Counted from the stretch's first letter, positions 41,096 to 53,447 are shown. The stretch is DNA of 64,000 nucleotides from Eledone cirrhosa (GCA_964016885.1 OZ024740.1:100688001-100752000); one strand, 5' to 3'. Notes: a model not told the origin generated them from the sequence alone. Numbers and translations are program-made.

Positions 41096-41230
41096 ATAAA
41101 AGGAAAGCAGAAACAGTGGAAGTCCCCTCTTCAGTTGTCAGCTGGAGGTCACATTAATGCGTTGAAATGTCGGTGACCTCCAGCAGACAACTGAAGAGGG
41201 GACTGTCCCTTGTATCTGCTTTCCTTTTAT
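41096..41230. repeat. Imperfect palindrome with ~57-bp arms
   Basis: ATAAAAGGAAAGCAGA..GTCCCCTCTTCAGTTGTCAGCTGGAGGTCAC pairs with GTGACCTCCAGCAGACAACTGAAGAGGGGAC..TCTGCTTTCCTTTTAT. Confidence 0.9.
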
Positions 41231-41256
41231 ATATATATATATATATATATATAATA

Positions 41257-41825
41257 CTAGCAGTGGTACCCGGCGTTGCACGGGATGAGGTATTTTGGAA
41301 CGCGGGCCGACAACAGATCTAATCGTGGAAAAACTGCATGCCTGGACAATATGTAAAGAAAATAAACCGAAAACTCTGATGGCTGGATAATCTTTAAAAT
41401 TTTCCTCGATGAAGCAGGAAAAAGGCAGGTTTTCACCTAATGCGGGCCATAGCGGATCAAGGAAATTAATTTTTTTAATGTGCATAATGCTTTGAAATTT
41501 CGGGAAAATTGGCTAGACGTAACGCTTCAAAAAAGCCCTAAAGAGCTGAAAAAAAATGAAGTTTTTCACCTAATGCGGACCCTAGGCCAGGAAATAGTTG
41601 GATTTTTCTTTACTCACGGTATGTAGAAGAGACTGACTAATACATAGTTACAATTTCAAGTAAATCGGTCTGACGTAACGCCTCAAAAAACCCATAAAAA
41701 GCTGGAAAAAACGCAGTTTTTCACCTAGGGGATCAAAAAGTTGAATTTTTCATGTGCATAACACTCCCTGAAATATAAGTAATACACATGTAAAGTTTGA
41801 AAAAGATCGGTTGGGTACTTCTCGG

Positions 41826-41878
<53 letters not shown>

Positions 41879-41973
41879 ACACACACACACATACATACAT
41901 ACATACATACATACATACATACATACATACATACATACATCCTTCCTCAGTTTTATATATATACATATATAGA
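41257..41973 (-). mobile_element. Non-autonomous Helitron (family H1)
   Basis: On the minus strand: A|TCTATATA... start, 3' hairpin CCCGTGCAACGCCGGG, and CTAG|T end. Second copy at 59852-60536. Confidence 0.88.
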
Positions 41974-42116
41974 TTAAAATAACAGATTGACTTCAAACTC
42001 GCATTTATATATTCATTGCGGTCTTAAGATATTAACTGCAGCTTTTATTTTTCAATTTTCTGTTGTTAAAGGGGTGTTAGGCGCCGGTTATCCATCTCCG
42101 TCGCGCTCTTATAATA

Positions 42117-42370
42117 TCTGTCTGTATACCTGGCTGTCTGCATTACGACATTCTGACGAACATTGATGACGTATTATGTTCGCTATTATCCGTTCATTGA
42201 CAGGGAATGTCTTCCCGAACCAAAGTATCATCTTCCTGTTTTACTTCGGTTGCAACGTTTTTCGAAATATTTACTTCTGCGTTCACAGATTGATTTTTTT
42301 TATTTTCAGAAGATCCCGTTAAGGATGAAAGCAGCGATTCTTTGCTTAAACTTTAATCTGTTATTTTAAT
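42117..42370 (+). repeat. Dispersed ~250-bp repeat module
   Basis: Reverse complement of 60537-60787; further copies start at ~57647 and ~58381. Confidence 0.8.
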
Positions 42371-43244
42371 ATATAATATAAGCGAGGCAAGCCAGCCCAG
42401 TTGCCACTTCTTGACAATAAACATTAACCCTTTGTGCGCCGTTCATCTAACTGTAGACTAACAAATACCAACTAAACGGAGCGTTGACAAGAACGATGGC
42501 GAATGAATCTTCGAGGTAAGCAGTATCCTCCCGAGCTGTTACTTCACGCGGGATTCTCTGCTACACCTTTTCGTAATAATACCGAACAACGTACCGCTGG
42601 TCACCCCTTCCTCCGAAAGCCGTACAAAGCGGACATGTGCATCGGGTGCAAATCTACACCAGGCCTACGCGAGAAATTCGCAAGGGACTGTACCGAGAGG
42701 GATACAGAGAAAGAGTAACTTAGTGACAAGAGTGCGAATGAACTTTTGAGGTAAGTAGCCTACGCCTTATTGCTGTGACACTGGAACCTTCTGCTAACTT
42801 AACCAGTGACTTTCACTTTCACATTTACTACAATAGGCCAACACAGGAGTATGAAAAGAAGGAGCTCAACATTATTTCTATGAACAATGCATGTAGACAG
42901 CTAAACTGTACTTTCAACTTCTTAATCTTCTCCAAATAAAACAAGTTTCCTGTCGGTATATTTTCGTGAGTTTTTAACAGGCACTCACAAATAAACGTTT
43001 CTCATTGGAGGTGCTTACCCGTGCAACGCCGAAATACACTGGTAGTCCAAAATACAAGAACACAGGAGCATTGCAATTACTTGGCTATCAATGCAATCCA
43101 ATAATTTTCAGTGGTTGTCTGGTTATATGTGGATTGAGCTTGGGATTCTCATATTTTGTCGTTCGGCTATTCGATCGTAAGGTTTTATTTTTTCCTTCTT
43201 TTAAGACTCGGATTCAGTCATGTGACTACTACCCAGAAATGACT

Positions 43245-43667
43245 ACGGTAGAAATTATGAGAAATGACTTCCACCCAGCTAAAAAGATTCGCGCTTCTTT
43301 TTTTTTTTTTTTTTTTTTTTGACTTCGCCAGTTGCAGCTTCTTCTCGGACAAGCAGGATGATATGTCAATCCCTTCCCTGGAGCAACTAAAAAGAGAAAA
43401 CATTTACCAAGGAACTTTGGTCCTCTCGGCAGGGGCTCAGCAACCTAGATATATGCCACAACGGCGCCTAGCTTTTAATTGTAATATTTTAAGAAAAAAA
43501 TAAATCCTTTATTATATATCCGCGCGGCGTTTTCCTCCCTTATCCGTCCGCATGAACTACCAACATCAAACACGCAGCCTTAATACATCATCTTTTTCGT
43601 ATCCTCTCTACACCAATATGAAATACCATGAACAACCAAAAATATTATAATAAAGAACCATTTTGCA
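43245..43667 (+). mobile_element. LTR homologous to the Gypsy 3' LTR (diverged, partial)
   Basis: Colinear with 47634-47986, with many substitutions and a ~50-bp indel; ends in TGCA. Confidence 0.8.
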
Positions 43668-43926
43668 AACGTGGGAATATTTCTGTAGGAAATATTTCTT
43701 AAAGAAAAAATTTAGCAGTATTTTGAAATCACAACACGTGGGGATATTTTTTAAATGGCCACTAACGGCGACAGCAACAGCAGCAGTAACAACAACAAAG
43801 ACTCATAGGGTGCGTCTTTCTGAAGGTAATTTTTCACACCCACTACCATTCGCAAAAAATTATAATTCTGTTTTGTTTTCATTTGGTATTTAAAAAAAAA
43901 TTCGAGAGAACTTAACTGGTCGCTTA

Positions 43927-43976
<50 letters not shown>

Positions 43977-44389
43977 CCGTATTGGTCAATCCTGTACTTT
44001 GAGGATTTTTCTCGTCTTTGTCGTATTATTCCATTCGAACCACATTTTTTGAAAATACGTACCGCTCGTTTTTACCACCTGCTACAGTGGCAACAGCTAC
44101 TTTCGACGTCAATTCAATAATGTTACAGGCCATCCTTGAGTTAACCAAGGAAATTAAAGGAAGGTGCGTGGCAGAGGGTTCTCTCCAACGTCGACGACGA
44201 TCATTCAGTTGTTCCTCCTCACTGGGACGCCGTTCTGTTCCTCATGCTTCTTCATCTATTTACTGGTACCATGAGCGTTTCGCGGAGAAGGCTCGTAGAT
44301 GCATTAAACCCTGTTCATATGTCAATCCAGGAAACGCAAGCACGGGACACTGATCACGACAGCTGTCCCCAGTACACATCTTCCTAACC

Positions 44390-47300
44390 GTGCATTTTTT
44401 GTGGAAGATTTTTTTATCGCGCAAGCTCTTCCTAGTGGATTCTGGCGCTTCTTGCAGTGTCAAGGACACACCTCTTTCTCCAGAGATCACCCTGCAGGCG
44501 GTGAATCATTCGCCTATCAAAACATTTGGTCAGATCTCGCTTTCTTTGGATCTAAATTTACACCGCGACTTTAAATGGATATTCATTATAGCTGACCTGC
44601 CATATCCAATCCTGGGAGAAGATTTTCTCCTCCACTACCCGCTTTTGGTAGACGTTTATAAACAACGCATCCTGGATAATATTATCAACTTTTCAATTTG
44701 TGGCAAAAATTGCAGTACTCCATCGGTTAGTCCGAAATTTTTCATCGCTGCTACAGGAGATGAATATCATAAACGTTTAGACTCTTTTCCAGCCCTTACT
44801 AACTTAAAGTTCCAAGTGGATAGTCCTGCTCACTCTGCAAAGCATTTCATCTTTACGAACGGCGCTCCAGTATTTTCTCGTCTTCGCAGTTTTCCTCCGG
44901 ACAGACTCAAGGTGGCAAAGGCTGAGTTTGATCACATGCTCCAACTGGGAATTATTCGTCCATCCACCAGTCCTTGGCCATCTCCATTGCATATGGTTCC
45001 CAAGGGCTCTGGAGATTGGAGACCAACGGGTGATTTTAGAAGACTAAACGCCATGACTGTTCCTGATAGATATCCTATTCCTCATCACCAGGATTTTTCG
45101 TCATCGTTACAAGGAAGCACAATATTTTCCAAGCTCGACCTTGTACAAGCTTACCATCAGATCCCAGTTAACCCGGAGGATATTCCGAAAACAGCAATAA
45201 CAACACTCTTCGGCCTTTTTGAATGTTTAACAATGCCATTTGGCCTCACAAATGCCGCTAGCACTTTTCAACGATTTATAGACGAGGTCATTCGTGGTTT
45301 GGACGATCTGCTGATAGCCAGTTCTTCTGCTGAAGAACATATTCACCATTTAAAGCTGATTTTCCAGCGCCTACAGGATTACTGTATATGTGTTTTTGGC
45401 TCATCTCTCGTTTTTCTAGGACATATTATTGATAAAGAGGGTATTCGACTTCTACCTACAAAAGTACAAGCTATTGAGGACCTTCCTCCTCCTTCTCTTT
45501 GCCAGTTGCACCATTTTCTCGGATTTTTAAATTTTTATAGACGTTTTATTCCTCACTGTTCTGAACTCTTGTCGCCTCTTACTGAACTATTAAGAAATCG
45601 CCGTAAGAAGAATGAAGATATTACTTTGACAATGGCACAACTGGAAGTATTTAACTCTGCAAAAAATGAGCTTGCTAAAGCGCAGCTTCGATCGCACCCT
45701 ATCTCCGATGCAAAGCTTTCGCTTGTGGTTGATGCATCGGATACAGATGTTGGTGCTGTCTTATAGCAATTTTTTTCAGGACATCTGCAACCTCTGGAAT
45801 TTTTCTCTCGGAACTGAAGCCTACCGAGACGCAATACAGCACCTTTAGTCACGAATTACTGGCTATTTACCTTTCTGTTAAACACTTTCAACACCTCCTC
45901 GAGGGAAGAAATTTTACTGTGTATAGAGACCATAAGCGTCCTACCTTTGCTTTGAAATCAAACCTGATATATATTCGCTAAGGGAGACGAGATCTCGATT
46001 TCGTTTCGCAGTTTACCAGCGACATTCAACATATTTCTGGCTCGAAAAAAGCACTGCGGCAGATGCATTATCCATACTGCCTATTAGTGATATATCATCA
46101 GCTCAGGAGATTGACCTAAATCGCTTATCTTCAGACCAATTTCCATTGGACTCACTGGATTTGACATCTTCTGAATTTGCAACTTGCAAATTCAAGTACC
46201 TGTCTTTACCGACAGCGGAAACGCACATTCTCTGCGACGTGTCTACCGATTCACCTCGTCCTTTTGTTCCAGAGACTTATCGAAGAATCGTATTCGATGC
46301 TCTGCACAACCTTTCACACCCTAGAGCCTCGGCCTCAGTAAAACTCATAACGGCTAGATTCTTCTGGCCAAATGTGAGACGCGATGTTACTGCATGGTCT
46401 CGTTCTTGTCTCGTGTGCCAGAAGTCGGTGCATAAACACATCTGCGCTCCACTTGGTACATTCAGTACACCTGATGCACACTTTCGCCACATACATATTG
46501 ATCTCGTGGGACCTTGGCCCGTCAGTCGTGGATATTCGTACGTCCTAACCTGCATTGATCATTTCACCCGATGGCCTGAAGCCATTCCTCTTGGCGACAT
46601 TACTGCTGAATCTGTAGCGGGAGCTCTGGTATCAGGATAGATATCGCGCTACGGTGTTCCTATCACCATTACTACTGACCGCGGTAGGCAGTTCGAATCT
46701 CACCATTTCTTCAAGCTAACAAATATCATCGGTGCTCAACGTATCCGGACCACAAGTTACCATCCTGCACCTAATTGAATGGTGGAGCGTTTTCATCGCC
46801 AGTTGAAGGCCGCATTTCGTGCCTATCCGGATATACTTACGTTGGAGCGACTACCTCCCCATAGTACCTCTCGGCATCCGCACTTCATTTAAGGAGGACC
46901 TTGGATTCTCTCCAACCAAACTTTTGTACAGCGCTCCTTTGTCTTTGCCAGGGCACATGCTTGCCCCAGTCGATCTTTCTACTCAGGATCCTACACTCTA
47001 TGTGAACCGTTTGCGTTCGTATTTTCAAGTCCTGCCACATATGAACACTAGTCATCAAGCCGCTAAATCTTTGGTCCCCAGGGACATTGCCTCGTGGGCC
47101 CATGTTTTCGTCAGAAATGATAGTGAGAAGTCCTCTAACTCCACCTTACTCTGGACCCTATCGCGTGCTAGCGCGTACAGACAAATATTTTACTATTGAC
47201 TATAACGGGTCTCTATTGACAGACTGAAGCGGGCCTACGCAGATGCTCTAACCAGAGCCTTATACTCCCCCCTCCCCTCCTACACCGTGTCACGACAAAC

Positions 47301-47426
47301 ACCTACACCTCCGCAAGCACCACAAGCTCATACTCACACACCTCCACCTTCAACATACTTCACGACAACCCGTAGTGGACGTCGTGTCCATTGGCCCAAG
47401 AGACTGTATAAATCAATTGTTATATG
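44390..47426 (+). pseudogene. pol: Gypsy pol (PR-RT-RH-INT) with stops, frameshifts and a deletion at the RT YxDD motif
   Basis: ORFs 44390-45766, 46146-46640 and 46819-47199. [11 protein letters not shown] lacks the residues before DD. C-terminal TTRSGRRVHWPKRL. Confidence 0.9.
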
Positions 47427-47551
47427 AACTGGCCTCTTAGTGCCCTTTTTATTGTATTGTATTTTTTTGTTCATTCTTATACGCATTCATGTTGTTTTCT
47501 TTGCTTTCCATTTTATTTTATTTATTGACGTTTCGTCTACGGAAGGGTAAA

Positions 47552-47984
47552 TGTAGTAAGCAAATACACTAATTACCGCAGCGGAACAAATGGGTTGCGC
47601 TTGGTAAGTCGCTGGGCCTGTAAGTCGGCGGCGTAGAAATACAGAGAAATGACTTCTGCCCAGCTAAAAATATTCGCGCACCTTTTTTTCACTTCACCAA
47701 TGGCAGCTTCTTCTTCGGACAAGCAGGGCGTTATGTCAATCCCTTTCCTGGAGCAACTGGCAAGATGATATATGCCACAACGGTGCCTAGCATTTTATTG
47801 TAATATTTCAAGAAAAAAATAAATCCTTTATTATATATCTTCGCAGTGTTTTCCTCTCTTATCCGTCCGCATGGACTACCAACATCAAACACGCAGCCTT
47901 AACACATCATCTCTTTCGGATCCTCTCTACACCAATATGAAATACAGTGAACAACCAAAAATATTACAATAAAGAACCATTCTG

Positions 47985-47986
<2 letters not shown>
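47552..47986 (+). repeat. 3' LTR of the Gypsy element
   Basis: TGTAG...CTGCA termini, follows the PPT, AATAAA near the end. Confidence 0.85.
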
Positions 47987-48021
<35 letters not shown>

Positions 48022-48322
48022 TAAACGGAATAGAAAATGCTGACAAATTGTTCACAGTTGAAAAATGGTTTAATTAGGAATAAAAGAGTATTAGTGATTG
48101 TATGGGTTAGTATTCAGTTGTGGTTTTAAGTTTTTAAGTTTTTACCGGTTGCGCATTTCTAAATGCTTTTCAAAAATAATTTTGAGATAGAGTGTCCGTG
48201 CTGTTTGCTCTGATCTCTCTATATATATATCTTAACTATAATAAAGGAAGGTCTGCGGGATTGCGTCCAGAATATATTTTTTTACCCCGTTTCTAAAATA
48301 AGTTGGATTACTTTGAATAAAT

Positions 48323-48439
48323 AATTGTTTCTAGATTTGGCACAAGGCCAGCAATTTCCCAGTGTATTACTGGTACTTTATTTTATCGACCCCTTAAGGA
48401 TGAAAGGCAAAGTCAACCTCGGCGGGATTTGAACTCAGA
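48323..48439 (-). mobile_element. SINE family A copy (partial)
   Basis: Reverse complement of the family A core and tail. Confidence 0.8.
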
Positions 48440-48802
48440 CCATAATGAATGAATATTACATAATTTATGTGCTAAATTTCGTGGCTGTTGATTAAATATA
48501 TTTTATAGCTTAATCTTTAAAATTCACTTCTTTAAAATTATCAAATGTCAACACTTACTGTTAGCGGCCATTATATTATAACACTTATAATCGCATATAT
48601 TTCCGTCGCTAATTTTCCCCTAATGCAGTTTATGTATAATGTCGTCTTTTTTTTAATATATCATGGATTACTGATTACAGAAGACAGTGTAACACAGGAT
48701 TTGTTCAATTTCTGTGTATATTGCCAATTACGATTTTATTTGATGTATCATATCTACATGCATATATATTTGTGTATAATATCAATATACACACTGCACA
48801 TG

Positions 48803-48835
48803 CTAGCAGAAAACCGTAGGTGGTTTTTCTGCTAG
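48803..48835. repeat. CTAG-bounded palindrome (Helitron 3'-end-like)
   Basis: CTAGCAGAAAACC-gtaggt-GGTTTTTCTGCTAG; same arms as 54851-54887. Confidence 0.8.
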
Positions 48836-49256
48836 TATATATATAAGTTAGTAACATGTGCTTACGTCGTATTTGACTAAATAGAATCAGTCTGTTAGTT
48901 GGGATTTCAAAAACCCCCTCTGAATGGAAAAAATATGTTGAGTATTAACATACATAGGACACGAACGCACATCTTTGTTTTGTCGGACCAATGTGCTACA
49001 ATTACACCAACACGCCACCCATGCTTCCTTCCATTCAATTAGAAGCTAAATGACCATATATGATTCAATAATAATTTTGTACATGTGCTGAAAGTGGGAA
49101 GGAATTTGTGTGTTGACGGATAAAATGACACGCCAGTCAATCATATTGATGGCCTCCCCACAGCCCCAGCGGACAGAATGGAGAAGGTTTTTCCTCGGAG
49201 GAGTGCAAGGGAGACGCGCTAGAGGAGCCATTCCAACTCGCGAGGCGCAAACGTGC

Positions 49257-49290
<34 letters not shown>

Positions 49291-49294
<4 letters not shown>

Positions 49295-49442
49295 AACGAG
49301 TAGGACCCCGACGGCTGAGCTCAAGCCGTTTCGACGGCTAATTCTGGACTAAATTCTGGACGGCTAATTCTGGACTAAATTTAGTCCAGAATTAGCCGTC
49401 GAAACGGCTTGAGCTCAGCCGTCGGGGTCCTACTCGTTCCTA
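49291..49442. repeat. Perfect 63-bp inverted repeat containing a hammerhead 3' half
   Basis: 49291-49353 is the exact reverse complement of 49380-49442. The right arm reads GAAAC-GGCT-tgagctc-AGCC-GTC-GGGGTCC. Confidence 0.9.
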
Positions 49443-49757
49443 TTACCCACTCTACTACCCTAAGTATTGAGTACTTTGGTGCGTTATGGTCCACCTGGTT
49501 CCTTACCACATTTCCTCCGTTATATATATATATATACATGCATATGAATATGGAGACACAAAGCACGCTTAGTTTACAAGCCGCTATGTTTATTAATATT
49601 TAATATATTGTTGCCTCTGATGGAAACGAAGCGAGGAAATGAGAAACCTCATCGCTATAACAGTCGTTAAAACACGTTAGGCACGTGTGTTTATTCTCAC
49701 TTTCCCCTTTCCTTCCTCTCATCACTTTTTACTTTCTATTTATCTTCTATTTTTAAC

Positions 49758-49800
49758 TCTATCTTCTGGTGAAGGACTAGTTTCCGAAACGTTAACACTC
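49758..49800 (+). ncRNA. Degenerate minimal hammerhead motif in a dispersed repeat
   Basis: CTGGTGA-AGGAC-TAGT-TTCC-GAAACGTTA. The homologous copy on the minus strand at ~61985-62100 has CTGATGAAGGAC with the GAAAC part deleted. Confidence 0.45.
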
Positions 49801-49878
49801 TCCTGCTATTTCAAGCGTTAAACTAATATATTTCTTCCATGCACTGTGCCGTTTGCTTTGTTATTTTTGTTTACCTTT

Positions 49879-50059
<181 letters not shown>

Positions 50060-50062
50060 GTA

Positions 50063-50495
50063 TGTAGCGACGTGGTTAGCGGGTCTGGTCACTACTTCTG
50101 ATCGAATCTGAGAATAGCCCTTAAAAGGACTGTTATCGCATACGGTAAGGATGAACAGACGAAAGAAGAAGTTGAAAGGACGAGCAAGGCGAGAGATGTA
50201 GTTTCGGTCAGCTATTTATTTTCATACATGAAGCGACGATACAGAGGTACAAGGCGTGTGTGAGTGACAAGTGTCGCAGAGGAGAGGAACAACGATATGC
50301 TAGATGAATCTGCCAAAGGTCGACTGGCGAAAGTGCTTGGAACCACTCTATTTATACAAAAATAATCGTTTGATGTTTAGTCGCTGCGTAGGCGTTATAT
50401 TTTGGTGGCCTAAGGTTTGTTTGTTTCGCGGTGAGGTAGCTAGCTAAGCAGATAGAGAGAGTTGTTTATTTCACAGATGTTATTTCCGGTGGCTC

Positions 50496-50499
<4 letters not shown>
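50063..50499 (-). mobile_element. Solo LTR (437 bp)
   Basis: TGTAG...CTACA inverted termini, minus-strand TATAAATAG (~50347-50356) and AATAAA (~50216-50221), CpG-rich, inserted in a TA microsatellite. Confidence 0.75.
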
Positions 50500-50560
<61 letters not shown>

Positions 50561-50605
50561 TCAATGATATTAAATAAATGGAAACTATATTTATAAAACC
50601 ATATT

Positions 50606-50667
50606 TATTCTATTATATATATTTCAAGGGTACCAAAAACTTTGGTACACTTTCATCAGATAAAATA
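50606..50667 (-). ncRNA. Type I hammerhead ribozyme (3' pLTR)
   Basis: TATTTTAT-CTGATGA-AAGtGTACCAAA/TTTGGTACcCTT-GAAA-TATATA-TA^-ATAGAATA. Confidence 0.85.
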
Positions 50668-51920
50668 TAAAGTGTGTTTTATAAATTTTGACATAGCCAA
50701 GGAAACATACCTTATCAGTAGAATTTTCCTTGGGTAGTGAGATTAAAGAACGGATTTTTCAAACTTTTAGGATGAGTAAGCAAATGAATATGTAAATGAG
50801 GTTGAGTTATATGATTGAAAAACCGTTATTTAAAACGCTATGGAAAGTTTAGATATATTAGTAGGAGAGAAAGAAAGAAAGAAAGAAAGAAGAAAAAGCA
50901 AAAGCAAAAAGAAGAAGAAGAAGAAAGGAAAAGGAGAAAGAAGTCCACTTATATACGTTAATTTGGGGTAAAACATTATAATATTTACCTATATTATGTA
51001 TATATTTATATAGATATTTATGTTTGTAAGTATTAATCTTATTATATTGTAGTGGGTTAAATATATAAATATCTATATATATTTTAATAATAGCATATGT
51101 ATTAGTGTTAAAGAGTTAATTTGCAATTATTAGTTGTTTATAACATGAGTTACGAGGGACGTTAATTTTGTGTTTTATGTAGATAAATAAATAAATAAAT
51201 AAATAGGTAGTTCAAGTTTTAGGTGGTTTTTTATAATATGAGTTACGAGGGAAGTTGATTTTGTATTTTATGTAAATAAATAGGTAGTTAAAATTATGAA
51301 TTTATATATTTGGATAACTTGTTCGGTTTTGAGAATGTTTTAAATTAACGGAGTTAGGTATAATAAGTTTATATGATTGAGAAAGGAAAATTAACTCCAA
51401 TTTTGTTTGTTAATCGATAATTTTTAAGAGTTAGTGTGAGATTAATTAATTATTTAGTCGAAAGAAATGCGAATGTTTAAACATCGTCTTGAATAGGATT
51501 ACATTTTTCTAAAGTCAGTTAATGGTTATTAATCTACGTTTAAAAATAGCTTTAGAGGGTGTCATTGGAAAAATATCTAAGAATTAAAGAATAAAAAAAT
51601 TAAAATGATATAGATATACATAAATATATATAAATATCTATATATATATATATATATTAAAATTAAAATTATTTTTTGATGAAAGGTGAAAGTACTACAC
51701 ATATTAGAGATGTTACCATTTAGAGATATTAATATATTAAAATATAAAAAATTTAAATTGTTAAAAAGGATAGGATCATTTTGAAGATTTATAGGAATAT
51801 TATTAATTGCACATAGTTCTGAATGTAGAATCTGCAAGAATTAAATAATTCTGTCTTGAGATTAATAGAGTTTTGACAATTGATTATATAAACATTTTCT
51901 TCAATACACCATTTAGAGAA

Positions 51921-52730
51921 TTATGATAAAGCCATATTTCGGTACGCAGGGGCTTTCGAAATCGTTTTCCAAGATTTTGAATAGTCTATATTCCTGCTTT
52001 TTAAGTTCCATATAAGATGTGAAAGAGAAGTAGAAGATTTTTTATCAGATCTTCTGAAAGAATGATTATAGTTATTCCAGCGATCTTTAAATTTTGTAGA
52101 AGTGGCACCGACATAGTTAAATATACTTTCACTGGTTTTAACTGTGTATTTATAGACTACGTTTTTATCTAAACACTTATTTTGTAAAGGGCAGTTTGAT
52201 TTGATTCTACAGTTACATTTTACGGAGATGTTGCTCGGAGCGGTACTATTATGATGGATATTGCTAGAAATATTATTATTGTTGGATATTGCTAAAAAAA
52301 TTATTATTGGTGTCATGGTTATTTTGGTTAGGGTTTAAATTTAAGTTTCTATTATTAATTCTATTTATATTTTGTGCTATGTTCATAGTAGTAGAGTAGG
52401 ATTGTTTTATAGTATGTCTGTTAAAGATTGAGTGGTATCTGTGGGCTTTAGGAAAACATTTGTCTAGTGCTTTAAAGAATAGTTTTGCTAAAGTTGTTTT
52501 AACGCTTAATGAGAATGGGGGTGAGTACCAAATAATATTTCTAGTTCTAGTTCTTTTGTTTGGTTTAGAGTTTAAGTTAAATTGTTTATTATTATTATAA
52601 TTAATACTAGGGTGATTTGCCATGTTATTGTTGTCAATGTATTTAATTTTATTCGAATACCCTGCTCTATTTAAAGCTTCATTATAATATTCAGCCTTAT
52701 CATCAAAAATATTTTTATTAGCAGAGACAG
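51921..52730 (-). pseudogene. PLE linker and GIY-YIG endonuclease, frameshifted
   Basis: ORFs 52276-52623 and 51921-52316. VVY/YVG/R motifs preceded by a Cys-rich CNC..CPL..C. Confidence 0.88.
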
Positions 52731-53317
52731 TATCATTGGGTTAGAAACAGCAGTAAATTCTTCCCACGACTCACCCTCTCATTCCATTTTCAGAAAATGT
52801 TTTAACAACGAGTTCGATGGAGGCCAGATTAGTAGAAAACACACAATAAACCTCATTATTATCAATTCTATTTAGCGTTATTAGCGATCAATGTGCAAAC
52901 AAACCCCCTTTTATAAGGATATAAATATATATATATATACACACAACAGAGATATTATTTGAACGCGGTGAGTGACATTTGAAATAGAGATAGAAGCCTT
53001 GCCGAAACATTTTGGCTAAATGTTATAGTCTAATAGTAGAGCGTATAAACACATTAAATGTATAAAGATAGGTATTAGCACACAGCGGAGACAAGCCCAT
53101 GGCTCTAGTTTGCTTAAACTTTTAATCAGTGTTAATAATAAATTTGTTTTACGGATTTATATATACTTATATATATATAAGTAGAAGGGATATTTAATTT
53201 GTTGGAAATTAAACAAACATAAATGTTTATAACTGATTTAGAGTACTCGACAGTATTTTCTGGAGTAAATATTCAATGATATAAAATAAATGGAAGCTAT
53301 ATTTTGAAAACCATATT

Positions 53318-53377
53318 TATTCTATTATATATATTTCAAGGGTACCAAATCTTTGGTACGCTTTCATCAGATAAAAT
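53318..53377 (-). ncRNA. Type I hammerhead ribozyme (5' pLTR)
   Basis: ATTTTAT-CTGATGA-AAGcGTACCAAA/TTTGGTACcCTT-GAAA-TATATA-TA^-ATAGAAT. Confidence 0.85.
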
Positions 53378-53447
53378 CCACCTCTCTTCTCTCCGGCTAA
53401 CTAGCTAAAATATTCTACATTTTTTCGTTTGTTGTTGATTGGTCTGA

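Larger units (their letters stand above)
43975..47986 (+). mobile_element. Decayed Ty3/Gypsy LTR retrotransposon, CsRn1/Kabuki/Boudicca-like clade
   Basis: Gag CHCC knuckle (Y)WYHERFAEKARRCIKPC; PR LVDSGA; [13 protein letters not shown] and [14 protein letters not shown]; RNase H VDASD; integrase HNLSHP..CLVCQ, HIDLVGP, TTDRGRQFES. Domain order PR-RT-RH-INT. PPT GGAAGGGTAAA precedes the LTR. Confidence 0.93.
50557..53377 (-). mobile_element. Penelope-like element (Neptune-type GIY-YIG) bounded by ~110-bp direct repeats (pLTRs) with hammerheads; RT missing
   Basis: Direct repeats at 50557-50667 and 53269-53377. ORF pieces YYNEALNRAGY, RNIIWYSPPFSLSVKT..IFNRHTIKQSYS, CNCRIKSNCPLQNKC..VVY..YVGATSTKFKDRWNNY. 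Confidence 0.9.

Noticed and set aside
42300-42345. CAGAAGA-TCCC..GGAT-GAAA as a hammerhead in the dispersed module
   Set aside because: All four copies have CAGA rather than CTGA, and stems I and III cannot be formed.
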